Assembly: GCA_021613535.1 (NCBI GenBank)
Contig: CP075494.1
Location: 3,782,001 to 3,846,000 of the forward strand
DNA: 64,000 bases
From: Adineta vaga
Taxonomy: Eukaryota; Animalia; Rotifera
Reading direction: 5' to 3'
Under the pieces are notes generated by a model, which saw only the letters and a program-made list of their open reading frames with translations, did not search any database and was not told where the DNA came from. Of the stretch, positions 1 to 12,319 are shown piece by piece. Numbering within the stretch: the first letter of the stretch is position 1; each line of letters begins with the position of its first letter. The position numbers and the translations under genes are program-made.

Positions 1-2
1 TT

Positions 3-898
3 CTTCATTATTTTGATTCCTTAACAATTTCAATTTATCGTCCAGATTCTTTTGATATTCGCGAACAAGCTAAATTTACTCGTTCATCAACTGAATCAGT
101 TTCTGCTTATTATTTTCATATTCATAAAACATCTACGATTGATATAAGTTTAATTTATCATCGTGAAGATCGTCAACAATCCACTTATCATACGCAATCG
201 TTTGTTTTATGCGATATTGATGAAAAATCAAAAGTTCTTGGTGAAAATAAAATTGTCTTTGAATCACATCGTGGAGGATTTCTACATTGGTCTGGAACAT
301 TAAAACCTGCATTTTATGTTTTAATTCCATTTTCAATAAGTTTCTGGCAAAAATCATCGAATGAAAAAAAACATGCAAATCGAAATTTTACTTTAGTTAT
401 TCATTCAAATATTCAATTGAATGGAAATCTAAACAAAGAACCAGCAACATTACTTGCAGATTGTTTAATTCTTGCCACAATGAAATATTGTGATCGACCA
501 GAAAAGGTTCGCCATATCGAAATTTTTTTCTTTCCCTAATCGATCGTTTCTCGATTTAGAAAGGAGATTCAATATTTTATGAAACATCTCATCATATCAA
601 TTCAACGATTATTGTTGGAGAAAATCTTGCAACAAAAGATAATTTACATGTTTTTTTAGAAATTAATCAAGCAAAGAATATTCATCATTCTCGTTTAACT
701 TCGTTGACAATCGATTATATTCCACCATCTCATCGACAATTAATCTGCATTATGGAATGGACAAATAAACAAGGTGAATATGGTCAAATTAAATATACTC
801 GTTCACAAGGTTTTACAGATGAATATCACAATTCAGTGCCATCTATTGATACTCATAAACAGGATTTACATTCACCGCGTTTGATTCTTTCGCAATAG
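3..898 (+). CDS. 3' end of a calpain-15/SOL-type calpain (end of protease domain, domain III-like region, SOL-homology tail); 2 exons, 5'-truncated by window
   Basis: Hand translation of frame 3: LHYFDSLTISIYRP...GTLKPAFYVLIPFS...; intron ~507-560; last exon ...TIDYIPPSHRQLICIMEW...DLHSPR matches the SOL-homology motifs TxDxxPPxHRQ and LHxPR. Confidence 0.7.
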
Positions 899-1077
899 TT
901 CTTCTAGAAATGATCTATTCATCTCCTATTGTTCTTTTTTATTTCTTTCAGAATGAATTTTGTTTATTCATTGTATAATTTCGTGTGCCTCTACGATGAT
1001 TTCCATATTTTATAATAAATACATTGGATTCTTATATCTCGATGATATCCATTCCATATCCATACACAGATCGAAGA

Positions 1078-2334
1078 ATGATGAACAACACATTATTAAT
1101 CCAAAATCCTCATACTTATCTTTTACCCGGTGTTACTTCGAAAACAATCGAAACATGTTCTCGTCTTCTTCAAGATAATCATGAACATCATCATATCTTT
1201 TTTAATAGTGAAGATGGTTTTCATAATCATACTGCCCATCATCTGTTAGCTGCATTTGGTCTTGGTGCTTCGTGTGAAACACTTGAACGTATCTATAAGC
1301 AACAAAAACAAATACAACAACCGATACATCCACTTCATAATACAAAAGATTTTGATCCGAAAAAATGTTTAGGTGACGAAAATTATTATCATGATTATGT
1401 GAAATTTTTTACTGAAGAATTAGAAAATGAAAAATATCAAGGAAATATTCAAGATTTAATTGAAGATTATTTATTTAATAAAGATTATTTAACTTTAATA
1501 TTAGGTGGTGCTTATCATTCGTTTATTCATCTTGGATATGCTTTAGAATTTCAATCGAAAATAATGACGATCGAAGGTTTAGCAATGGCTTCAATTGATG
1601 CAGTTGGTGTTCAAGATCTTTTAAAACATATGAAGTATGATCGAAATTCATCGAATCAAAAAACAGCACTAGAAATCGTTGAATTAATTATTAAAGATGA
1701 ACGATTTGATGATAAATTATTTTACAACGATAAAGGACCAAAAGTTGATATAGTTTTAAAACGTAATGGTGGTCCATTAGTTATCGAATATGCTCAAATG
1801 TGGAAATGTGATATCGATGATCTTCGACGTGCTGATATTTTAATTAATGCAGGTGCTATACGAGAAAAAAAAGAAGTTCATTTGGATTTTTTTCTTATGC
1901 ATGCAACAACAAGTTCGTTATTTCTAAATATTTTTATTCAATCATTTAAAAATCAAGAAAATCGAATGAAATTCTTAGAAGCGAAGTTTGCAGTTGATCT
2001 TCTTCAATTTGTTGCACGTGGAAGACCGAAAATAAATCTAAATTATTTATTAAATGAACATCAAATATCCAAAGAACATCAATATTCTGATGCACAAAAT
2101 CCTTGGTTACCTTTGATTGATAAATGTTTAACACATCATGATGAACATGTACCAAAAACAATACGAGCTTTGATTTATGCTGAAAAATTTGATCAAAGTC
2201 AAGGAAAAGATCAATTACCATATTTAAAAATTGCACAATTGGTGATGGATGCTTTGTTTCCAGAGGAAGAAAAAGATTGGGTTCATGAAGGTATTGGTTG
2301 GGAAGAATTTTGGAAAAAAGTCAAAGATTTATAA
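1078..2334 (+). CDS. Questin oxidase-like (DUF4243/HypA/AflY-type) oxidoreductase, intronless
   Basis: Motifs HIFFN..GFHNHTAHHLLA..LGA, HSFIHLGYALEF, LDFFLMH..TS, DEHVPKTIRAL typical of this largely fungal family; ATG at 1078/1081. Confidence 0.85.
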   Translation: MMNNTLLIQNPHTYLLPGVTSKTIETCSRLLQDNHEHHHIFFNSEDGFHNHTAHHLLAAFGLGASCETLERIYKQQKQIQQPIHPLHNTKDFDPKKCLGDENYYHDYVKFFTEELENEKYQGNIQDLIEDYLFNKDYLTLILGGAYHSFIHLGYALEFQSKIMTIEGLAMASIDAVGVQDLLKHMKYDRNSSNQKTALEIVELIIKDERFDDKLFYNDKGPKVDIVLKRNGGPLVIEYAQMWKCDIDDLRRADILINAGAIREKKEVHLDFFLMHATTSSLFLNIFIQSFKNQENRMKFLEAKFAVDLLQFVARGRPKINLNYLLNEHQISKEHQYSDAQNPWLPLIDKCLTHHDEHVPKTIRALIYAEKFDQSQGKDQLPYLKIAQLVMDALFPEEEKDWVHEGIGWEEFWKKVKDL

Positions 2335-3885
2335 ACGAACAAAAACTGTTTTTTTTATTATCGAAATAAAAAGATAACGAAAAGGTTATACGATAGAATT
2401 ATACAACGTTTCTTTCCTTCCTTCTTTGTGTATCTCCTTTTCGGGCAGCTGCATATAACTGATCCTAAGTTAACTAATTATGCTTGGACAGTTAAGAAAT
2501 TGAATGTCGAAGAAATGCAACACGCAGGATGTTGTACGGCTGATGCAGTAAATTATACACAATGCGAGGAAGATAACGAATCCAGTAACGATGAAAGTGC
2601 ACGAGGCAAGGAAGATGATAGTGAAGAGATAGATGACAGCATCGAGTATGTCGAATACAATGGGAATGATGATGACAACAACTATAATACGGAAAACTAG
2701 AAACTAACTAGTTTTTTTCCTCGATTATCCTTATCATAATATTCGATTAGAACGAATAAAAGACAGTAAATTGATCGTTGATATCATCTTTGAATCTGAG
2801 AAAATTTTCCAAGCGATTCTCCAAATGGTCCAGTAGTGTAATAGTTGAATTTTTCAGTTATTCAGTGATTCAACTATTCACCCTCAGTGAATAGGGAACA
2901 TCATGCTCTGTCGATATACTGGTGCCTGTCGACATCTTCCCTCCCACCCACCCAAGATTTGCACTTCACTCAAGCCGCATACTAGTGATACATCGTCTGT
3001 AAACATTGAAATTGCTGCGAGAAACTGAATAACTGATTTTTTTTACATTCTATTTCCATATGAAATGAAAAATGAATTTTAATAAAGTTTAAGTAGATAA
3101 AAGAATGTTGACAAGAACTTTTCTTATCCTGTGAACTCAAGTTTTCACTGTTATCAGCATACCCATCGTACGGTTATTCTTATTTCGTAAAGAGTTTTTA
3201 GATAACAACAATAAGCTGACATGTTTCGATTTCTATAAAGTATATATAAGAGAATCATTCCTTTTTTTCTCGAATTAGAATATGGTTTGGAAGAAATTAA
3301 TTATTATATTGATTATGTCTACTGGATTATTTTATATATTTAGTCAAACGAAATGTATGAATTCATATCGTGTTGAAAAATATGGCAAAGACAGTATAAC
3401 TGGACTTTATAGTTTTTGTTTTATATTTCTTTTTATTCCATCGATTCTCTGCAAATTAATTCCACAATTACCAATATAAAATATGATATTGATCAATAAG
3501 TAATAAATATTAATACTTACCGATGAAAATAATGTAAAATTATCAATAAAATCTTATTTATCAAAATACGTTACAGTTCATAATTGAATTGAGGGTGAGG
3601 GTGTGAAAGATATAGAAAACAACTGATGCATCCGGTATTCTTTTTGAATTTATAATCAATTTTCTGCCTTTTTTTGCTTCCGATCTCAAGCAAAATCATG
3701 AATATTAATTCTAAATCTATCTTTAGAGGAAAACAAAAATCAATCTCTGAACATATTGAACAATAGATTCTCCTTTCATGAATAAAGATGTATCGAACCT
3801 GAGTGATCTATTTGATCTATAAATAAAGAATCGATCATGAAACATATGGAATAGAAAAGAAAAGAGTTTATTAATTTCTTTGTTA

Positions 3886-4278
3886 TCACATCTTTATTTT
3901 GTTGTGATATTCAGCAATCATTTGAGCCGTGTTTTTTATTATTTGTTGGTTTTGGCTAATTATACGAGCATTTTCTTTCATGATTTCTTCATTTTGATGA
4001 ATTATTGAAGCATTGAGTTTTAATAAATTTTGATTTTGATCAATCAATCCAAGATTTTCCTTGATTTTTCTATGGTTTTGACGAATAAGTTCAGCATTTT
4101 CATTGATTTTTTTGCAACTTTGACGAAATACTTCATTATTTTGTTCAATCAATTCGTTCGAAATCGATACTAAGAACAAGCAAATTTTTCCATCAGTCTA
4201 TGAATAGAAAGGACAAACTTTATTTTTATCAACATCATATCTTAGACTTACTGAATTTCCATTTCCATTGACAATCAT
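3886..4278 (-). CDS. Small (112 aa) Asn-rich heptad coiled-coil protein, 2 exons (4252-4278, 3886-4197)
   Basis: MIVNGNGNS, GTAAG...TAG intron of 54 nt, then TDGKICLFLV... in frame with the 3886-4179 ORF; repeated (I/L)xxN heptads. Confidence 0.65.
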
Positions 4279-4922
4279 TTTATTGAAACACATGATAAGT
4301 TGAAGAATGAGAATCATTTGCGTATAAAGCGACCAATATTTATGTAAGATCGATGCTAATCGGTCGACGATAGCGTATCAGACGGAGGAAATACAATGGG
4401 TGCCTGTTGCATGACCTTAAATCTCGTTGTATTTCTGTCCATATCATCCTTAGGTCATACTTCAATGATGTGTTATCAAAAGTCGAAACATAAAACACGT
4501 GGATAGATATTATTCTCTTCGATGTAAACCATTCATTTGACACATAGAAGGAAAACTAATGGCGACAAATACTGTAGCAGATAAATGTTTATGTGGTGAA
4601 ATTTCTGTTTCTCTTTCCGAAAGTATAGATTGAATAATAGTAAACAAGTTGTCAAAGTAGAGATTGTTTAGCATCATATAATCTTTATTTATCAGAGAAA
4701 AAAGTTACAATGCAAGGTCAACCAGCGATACAACATTGCAACGCGCATTTTTTGGTAAGTGTGGTTCACCAATCGACAGAAAAAATCCGAATTTTCTTGG
4801 TTTTCTCTACCGATCAGAAGTGAACAGATAGAACTATGAACAGTTAATTCTTAAGTTAATGAGTTCAGAATGAAATGTGTTCGTGAAATTGTAACTATTG
4901 ATGCCCCTGCTCACATCGACCA

Positions 4923-6674
4923 TCAACCATCATCAGTCTGACCCACGCCCACACCCTCAAGATAATTATAGATTTCTTGATAGTCAGATGATATGATTTG
5001 TTTCAGAATCGATATAACTTTCGTATAATATTTAAATACTTCGTTTGGATTTTCTAATTCAAGTAAATCAGATATAAGAATTAATAAATAGCCAATGAAA
5101 ATTTGAGTATCATTCGATTGAATCTTTTGTTTATCAAGTCGTTCCAAAGAAAATTTCAAAGCTAGTTCAATGTTATTCATTTTTTTATAAACATTCACAA
5201 TTGTTAGTAAATTTATAAAACATTTTCGATGGTTTGATGGATAACATTTGTCTATAATATTTAATTGTTGATGATAATAATCTAGTGCTTGAATAAAATC
5301 ACCTTTCATTTCATAAGCATACCCAATACATTGAATACAATCACCTATATATGAATGATGAGTGGGCAAAATACGTTTTGACATGTTAAGAGCAGAAAAC
5401 ATATAAAGAAACGCTTGGTTAAAATTTTTTTGATTGGCATATATGCGACCGATACCTTTAAAATTTACGACTTTATTATAATGATCACCTAAATAATTGA
5501 CCTCATCAATAAAAAGTGTTTGTTGATAATAGTCAAGTGCTCGATTAAAGTATCCCATTCGATTATAAATTCCAGCAATATTATTTACTGAAGCAGCTAT
5601 ATCAGGGTGATATAATGGTAAATATTTTCGACGAATATCATATGCTAATTGAAAATATTTCAATGCTAAATTCAGTTGACTCTTATAACGATATATATGT
5701 CCAAAATGATTATAAATTGATGCAATAGCTATATAATCAAATGTTCTTGATTCTAATAACATTTCAAAATAGATTTTTGCTTGATTTATTTGACATAATT
5801 CAAAGAGAAGAATGCGACCAAAATAAACAAATGGTGAATATTCATTTAATCGATCTTTGATGATTAATTTATATTCTTCAATGATCTTTGAACATTCATC
5901 AATAGTTATTAATTCAACTTTCCATAGTTTTAAAATTAAATCAAAATAAACCGATTTTATTTGAAAAGTACTATTCAAATTGAATAAGATTTCTTCTTCA
6001 TCTTGGAAATGAGTTTTATTTTTAATATCAGCAAATATGACTGTTGCTAATGATGGATCTGCTTGAATCTCAAATAGAATTGATTTAATATTATCATCCG
6101 AAGAATGATTTTGTCCCGCAAATGCAAGTGCTACATGAATATTACGTGATGTTGAAAAGAATCCATTAATTGAAATAATTTCACCTTCATGCTGTTTTAA
6201 TCTGTTGAATTCATTATTTGATAATACTTGTCCACGATAAAGAATAAGAGGAGATTCATTTTTCAGCAAATTACTTTCTTTTTCAATTGCATCACATAGA
6301 TCAATAATAAAAAATCGAAATTTATATAGAAGTTCAATATTTTCAATACGAAGTGCTTGATTTAATATTTTGTAAAGAAAACATTCTGCTGTATACCATT
6401 GGATGGCTGTATCAGAAGTATAATTTAATCGAAATTCTTCGATTTTTTCAACAGTTCTATCATTATTCGAATAATATTCATTACAAATTTTTAACATTTC
6501 ATCCTTGGCTTGTTCATCTTTCGGCATTTGTTTAAGTACATAGATTAACATTTGATGCCATAGAAATGATGCTGATTCTTCCGTTAAACTTTGTCCAACT
6601 TTTTGTTTTTGATTAAAAAGAGAAAATATTAATGTACGTTTATTCATTTTCTTCTTAAGTTGAATTCTGTTCAC
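4923..6674 (-). CDS. ADP-ribosyltransferase (R-S-E type) plus TPR repeats; C-terminus cut at a telomere-like element, N-terminus probably incomplete
   Basis: LYRGQ, GFFSTSRN, QDEEEILF catalytic motifs; TPRs with HPDIAAS.NNIA; ORF ends in EGVGVGQ encoded by the repeat at 4941-4962. Confidence 0.85.
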   Translation of the reverse strand: MNRIQLKKKMNKRTLIFSLFNQKQKVGQSLTEESASFLWHQMLIYVLKQMPKDEQAKDEMLKICNEYYSNNDRTVEKIEEFRLNYTSDTAIQWYTAECFLYKILNQALRIENIELLYKFRFFIIDLCDAIEKESNLLKNESPLILYRGQVLSNNEFNRLKQHEGEIISINGFFSTSRNIHVALAFAGQNHSSDDNIKSILFEIQADPSLATVIFADIKNKTHFQDEEEILFNLNSTFQIKSVYFDLILKLWKVELITIDECSKIIEEYKLIIKDRLNEYSPFVYFGRILLFELCQINQAKIYFEMLLESRTFDYIAIASIYNHFGHIYRYKSQLNLALKYFQLAYDIRRKYLPLYHPDIAASVNNIAGIYNRMGYFNRALDYYQQTLFIDEVNYLGDHYNKVVNFKGIGRIYANQKNFNQAFLYMFSALNMSKRILPTHHSYIGDCIQCIGYAYEMKGDFIQALDYYHQQLNIIDKCYPSNHRKCFINLLTIVNVYKKMNNIELALKFSLERLDKQKIQSNDTQIFIGYLLILISDLLELENPNEVFKYYTKVISILKQIISSDYQEIYNYLEGVGVGQTDDG

Positions 6675-9065
6675 TTTTTATTAGACATATCTAAATAAAA
6701 CAAGACAGAAAATTTGAAGAAATTACTTATTGTGTGCTTTCCCATAGCTCCCGTACAAAGCAGCGCAATTTCTTTGGGGCTGATATGGGGAACTCACGAA
6801 TTCCATGTGCCATTCTAGCCTGTGAGTAGAAACCAAAATTTCTTCATGAAAAAAAATATCTAAGTTTTACAAAAGAATATTTTATCATAAATAATTATCG
6901 TTTTAGTAGGAGAATATTCATTCATACGAATATAAGATTGGATCGTTTTTCTTTCGTTCTTCTCTCTTCTTAAAATTTCAATACAGTTAATAGGCGAAAA
7001 TTATCGACGATTGAAATAAAATGAATAAAATATTTCTATCATTCGATCTTTAATCCTTTACTTTCTGGTGCTAATTCAGTAGAGCTGATATTGAGTTGAG
7101 TATAAGAGTAACTTATACAAGTGATCAATACGACATTGCTACAGTCGGATTTGAACGAAATCAATTCACTGTGAATTACAATTTTTCATGATTTTATGTT
7201 CTTTTGTTTGTATAAGAATGGATATGTATCTACCATGAGTTATTCTTGAGTAATTCATCATTATGTGCATAATAATACGGTTAATTATTTCTAACAGAGA
7301 CTCGTGTTGGGCTGTAATCAGGTCTGACATATCGACGGATGCATTGAAAAGTATGGTATTCATTTTCTTTCAATAAAACAGGACTGATACCTCTGAGTGA
7401 GCGTCGAAATTTGTTCCTCCAAACGTTTTTCTCTGATTTATAGGAAAGATTATAATAAAAGCTTCGGATTTTTACCATTGTATTGATAAAAAATGCCTAA
7501 TAAATAGCGACAGATTGGTTTGATAACTGATTACTAAGGTAGTGTTAAACTTGCAACTTGAGTATTCAATTGAACAGAGCTTTCAAGTTCTATATGTATG
7601 GACATTTGTGTTACCATCAGCTAATTATCTAAAAGTATATCAAAATGCAACTCAACTACAATTAATTCGATTACGATCAACATTTCTATCAAAGTATTAA
7701 ATTGATAATCATTTCGAAATATTTATTCATTGCTTATTATCTACTATCATTGTTATTGTGGTACATTGACTATTATGTATTTTAAATAAACATCTTTCTT
7801 GAATTCTTTGGAAATTTAAATAAAAGAAGTTATTTGATTTCAGATTAATAATTAGAATACAGGATCTTATTACATTATGTTGTATATGTGTTCATATAAA
7901 GTTCGAAAAGTGATAAAAATATAGTATTTGTACATGAAATATATCACAATACTTTTTTTGTGATGGAAATACTGTCAGTTTTGTTAAACTTCAGCGGTTT
8001 TTCGCTATCCCGGAGTGATCACCTTAAGATTCAAGTATTTACAGTGCATCACTTTTACCTTACATAATATTAAGATCAAACGATGTATAGCACTTTGCAG
8101 ACATTTATATAAAAAATGGAAAAGAAATATGTCGATGCATTGACACTCAGAGAGAGTTTCACATTCATATCTTAGATAAAGTTTTGATCTTCATGTAAAA
8201 ACACTAAACTTCCATCTATATTCTCATGTATGAATGTTAGTCTATATAGATAACATAACAACATCGATTTAATACAGCGATGTGTAGTGGTAAGTCTGAT
8301 AGGAAGACGTCATGTATATAGTATAATTCGATATCACAGATGCATCACATCACAAAATGTATTTTACGTTTACTATATTTTTTTGCGTATTACCTTTATT
8401 AAAGATACATATCTTCAGTGAATATAATGCACAAGTCATAAACTATCAGACGTTTAAGTAATCAGATATGTTAATCGTACTTTGATTACACATTTTATTC
8501 ATTCCTAAAGCACGTTTTACTTGAAAAACACCGAAAAGTGCAAGTACAAATACGTACGTTCTAGTTCGGACTGAAAAAAATCTGATTCACTAGATTCGTC
8601 ACTCTTATTTTTTATATATAGACGACAAACAATCATAAGTCAATCTCTTGTAAATGAAACAAAAACATTTGTGTTCAAACCTGTTCATGTATGATAAATT
8701 TAGTTAGATATTAGTTGAATAGTACACATGATTTCTTTTTCACTCTAAACATTTTATGAGGAACAGAACAAAAACAACTTAATAACCGATTCGTCCTTTT
8801 TTACCTCTTTCCTTTATACCTAAAACGTAATGTACTTTAATCTTAAGACGTTATTACGCCAACAAAATCATTGAAACATTGCAGCTAGTGCATTTTTTTA
8901 ATTATAAAAATGTTTACTCACACACTCTCTACTTTCAAAGGTATAAAGAGCAAATCTTCTTCAATGTTTTCTTTATCCTGATTAAAAACCCGAACAAATC
9001 TTAATATCAATCAAATATACAACAAAACTGATATTTCTTTTTCTTTTAGTTAAATCAATATTTCA

Positions 9066-10868
9066 ATGGATACTTTAAAAGATTTTTATTTCGATGAGAA
9101 CTATCGACCAAAATTTGCATTAGTAATTGGTAATAGTACTTACAATATGGGTGATCATTTACCAAATTCAATCAATAATGCTAAACAAATGTGTTTAAGC
9201 TTAAAACAAATTGGATTTGACATTTTGGATGGAGAAGAACAAATCAATTTAAATTTGCAAGATTTTCAAAGGATTTTAGAACATTTTATTGATTCAATTG
9301 AAGAAAATGATTTGGTTGTTTTCTATTATTCAGGATATGGAAGACAATGGAACGTAAGTGAAAGAGAACAGAAGAGAAGAGAAATGAAAGGAAATCGTAT
9401 TTGACTTTAGAATAGAAATTATTTAATTCCAATTGATAATTCAATTCAAGATATCGAAGGTGATCCAACATCAATAAGGACATATTCAGGATCTGACTTA
9501 GAATCTTATGCAATTGATTTAGAAGATCTTCTTGAAACAATTCATGCAAAGAAACCATTTGCATCAGTTTGTTTCTTAGAATCTTCAAAATTGTATTCTT
9601 TTCATGATGAATTATGTGCAGAATCACGAAATGAAATTTATCCAAAAGGTTTTACTTCAATTAGAGCAGAAATTAATTCGTTTGTTGTTTTTTCGTGTTC
9701 ACTAAATCAAATTACAAATAATGACTCGTTATTTACAAGAATTCTTTTAACATATCTACAAACACCAAATAAAGATATTCGATGGATTTTATTTCGAGTA
9801 CAATATGAAGTTGATCGAATTTCAAATTCAAAGCAAGTTCTTTATCTCAACACAAATTTAACTCATAAAATGATTTGTTTGTTTCAACAAAATAGTATCC
9901 TAAGTAAACAAGAAATTATATTCAGAAGAAAAATCATTTTCTTATTTTGTTTTTTTTTCTCTTTTTTTTTAGAAAGAAGATCCAATCAAAATGCACAAAC
10001 TGTTGCTGGAGGAAATAGAAAAGGATACAAATTAAATCAACTGGATGGGCCTCGTGGAATCTTTGTGGATGAACAGAAAAATATTTATATTACTGATTCT
10101 CTGAATCATCGTATTGTTCAATGGAAATATAATGAAAAACATGGGCAAATCCTTGCAGGTGGAGGAGATAGAATTTACAAATTAAATAATCCAAAAGATG
10201 TAGTTGTTGATGAATTCAATCATTCAGTTATCATTGCTGATTGTGGAAATAGACGAGTAGTTCGATGGTTCAATAAAAATTATCAGGAGATTCTTATTGA
10301 AAATATCAATTGTTATGGTTTAGCAATGGATAAATTTGGATTTCTTTATGTTTCTGATTGCCAGAAGAATGAAGTGAGAAGATGGAAAATCGAAGAAAAA
10401 GAAAAAGTAGGAACATTAGTAGCTGGTGGAAAGGGAAATGGAGATAAGCTCAATCAATTGAGTTATCCGACTTACATCTTTGTTGATGAAGAACAATCTG
10501 TTTATGTGTCTGATACTTTGAATCATCGTGTGATGAAATGGAGAAAAGATGCAAAGGAAGGTATAATTGTTGCGGGTGGAAATGGTGAAGGAAATGATCT
10601 TGATCAATTATTTAGTCCTGCAGGATTGTTTGTTGATCAACGGAGACAAATCTATATATGTGATTGTGCGAATGATCGAATAATGCGATGGCTTGAAGGT
10701 CAGGAGGAAGGTGCAATAGTTGTTGGTGAAAATGGTGAAGGTTCTCAAGCAAATCAATTGTATAGTCCCTACGGTTTATCATTTGATTTGGAAGGAAATC
10801 TTTATGTTGCTGATAGTGAAAATAATCGAATTCAAAAGTTTGAAAAACTTTCTGGATATGACAATTAA
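9066..10868 (+). CDS. Peptidase C14 (caspase/metacaspase-like) domain lacking both catalytic residues, fused to an NHL-repeat propeller; 3 exons
   Basis: ALVIGNSTY..LPNSINNA..L..IGF; VVFYYSGYG; intron 9354-9410; NYLIPID; VCFLESSK; probable intron ~9904-9972; then TVAGGN..LNQL..P.GIFVD NHL repeats. Confidence 0.85.
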
Positions 10869-10964
10869 ATTTGAGTAAAACATTTTTAAATAATGAAAAA
10901 TTGAAATTTTCAATGAAAATAAGATTTTTAAATAGTTTAGTTGCTTCAAATAAATTAAATAAAC

Positions 10965-11188
10965 TTTGAGTGAGGGTGTATATTTATTAACTGTTTCCTC
11001 ACCCACACCCTCTCGAATATAAAGATTCGGGTGGGTGTGGGTGTGGGTGGGTGTGATGGTGTGGGTAACATATTAACATATGAGTCTCACTCACGCCTAC
11101 AGCCACACCCTTAATTATAATTTTAGTAAGTTGAGGGTGTAGGTGTAGGTGTAGGTGAATACAAAAGATCCTCACATACACCAACACT
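10965..11188. repeat. Cluster of three telomere-like hairpin elements
   Basis: GAGGGTG..CACCCACACCCTC (10965-11016); GGGTGGGTGTGGGTGTGGGTGGG..CACACCC (11026-11113); TTGAGGGTGTAGGTGTAGG..CACATACACC (11131-11188). Confidence 0.8.
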
Positions 11189-11486
11189 TTAGACCAACTG
11201 ATGAAACTGAGATTCAGCCGCAGTATGTCCTGGTGTATCTATTATGAGTTTAATTTGAACTTTTGAATTTTAAATTAGATTTTTAGAATTGCATTAGGAT
11301 CTAAGCCATCTAATGAGACCCTTAAGCAAGGTCGTAACTCGTCATGGCAGCTTAACTCACCCACCATCACCCTCAAGAACGGTTTAAGTTCATATTAATC
11401 AGAATAGGTAGAGAGTGCTATACGAGTGCACTGTAATATTTATATTTATTCTGATTTAGTGACTTAGCGAGACGTAGCGGCGCGCA

Positions 11487-11870
11487 TTACTTGTATTTGT
11501 ATGTGACAATTTTAGTTTTTTTCCCCTTGTGGATAATTCTGTCAATTGTTTCTTGTTCATTTTCTTGTATTTCCTTACTGAATTCTCGACATTTTGTGCG
11601 TATCTCATCTTTCTTATCTTCATAACACTTTTGACAGAGAGCAGTACCACCAAAAATACGTTTACCACATTGTGTTGGATCACCTTCTTTTGAATTGAAA
11701 TAACTTAAATTCCAACCCCAAGAATATTCCATCCAATGTGCGTCTCCATCGTGAAAATGAATAAAATAAAAGGATGGTGAGATCGAACAGCCAAATTGTT
11801 GATCAAAATATTGTTTTTGTCTGTCTAATCGTGTATAGTAAGTTTCTCCTTGATGATTATTATTTGCCAT
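11487..11870 (-). CDS. Orphan ~127-aa protein, Trp/Tyr-rich, with C...CQKC cysteines
   Basis: Open frame with protein-like composition from MANNNHQG; no family recognised. Confidence 0.5.
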   Translation of the reverse strand: MANNNHQGETYYTRLDRQKQYFDQQFGCSISPSFYFIHFHDGDAHWMEYSWGWNLSYFNSKEGDPTQCGKRIFGGTALCQKCYEDKKDEIRTKCREFSKEIQENEQETIDRIIHKGKKTKIVTYKYK

Positions 11871-12137
11871 TCGAGAAATATGTAACAAATTTCAAAGCAA
11901 CAAATGACACGTTGCAGAAAATAAAACTGCCAGATATTTATTAACACAGAGAGAAATTACTTGGGTGAAAACCCAAAACAAATGACGAAAGAAAGGGAAG
12001 AAACCGCTGATATTCATTTCTATCCCTACGAAAAAAGATAAGAACTGAAAATATAGATTACTCTTCGTCGCGTTTCTTTGTAAGAATCTGCTTCCTTTGA
12101 AAACAAAGAAACAACTGAGATAAATACAAAAATACAA

Positions 12138-12319
12138 GAGGGTGAGGGTGAGTTTATCATAGAAAGAGATTCAAAGCAATTTCATAGAGTGTGTGTGAGG
12201 GTGAGGGAGGGTAGGTGAGTCTTATTATGCGAAATAATTCCTACGATCCAGATTTCCGTCCTTTTCATATTGGTGAGGTGGTGAGTGTGAATATATCTTC
12301 TTCACCCACACCCTCAAGA
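12138..12319. repeat. Telomere-like hairpin element cluster
   Basis: GAGGGTGAGGGTGAG; GTGAGGGTGAGGGAGGG; GTGAGTGTGAATATATCTTCTTCACCCACACCCTCAAGA. Confidence 0.8.

Noticed and set aside
2428-2700. Short acidic ORF and nearby inverted repeat at ~2840-2878
   Set aside because: No ATG start or recognisable domain; possibly a TE remnant but unsupported
6700-9050. Short ORFs at 7166-7478 in a long intergenic region
   Set aside because: No motifs or consistent splice structure recognised
10999-11187. ORFs reading HPHPH/GVAVGV (also 14753-14986, 20641-20838, 12215-12409)
   Set aside because: Translations of the telomere-like element, not genes
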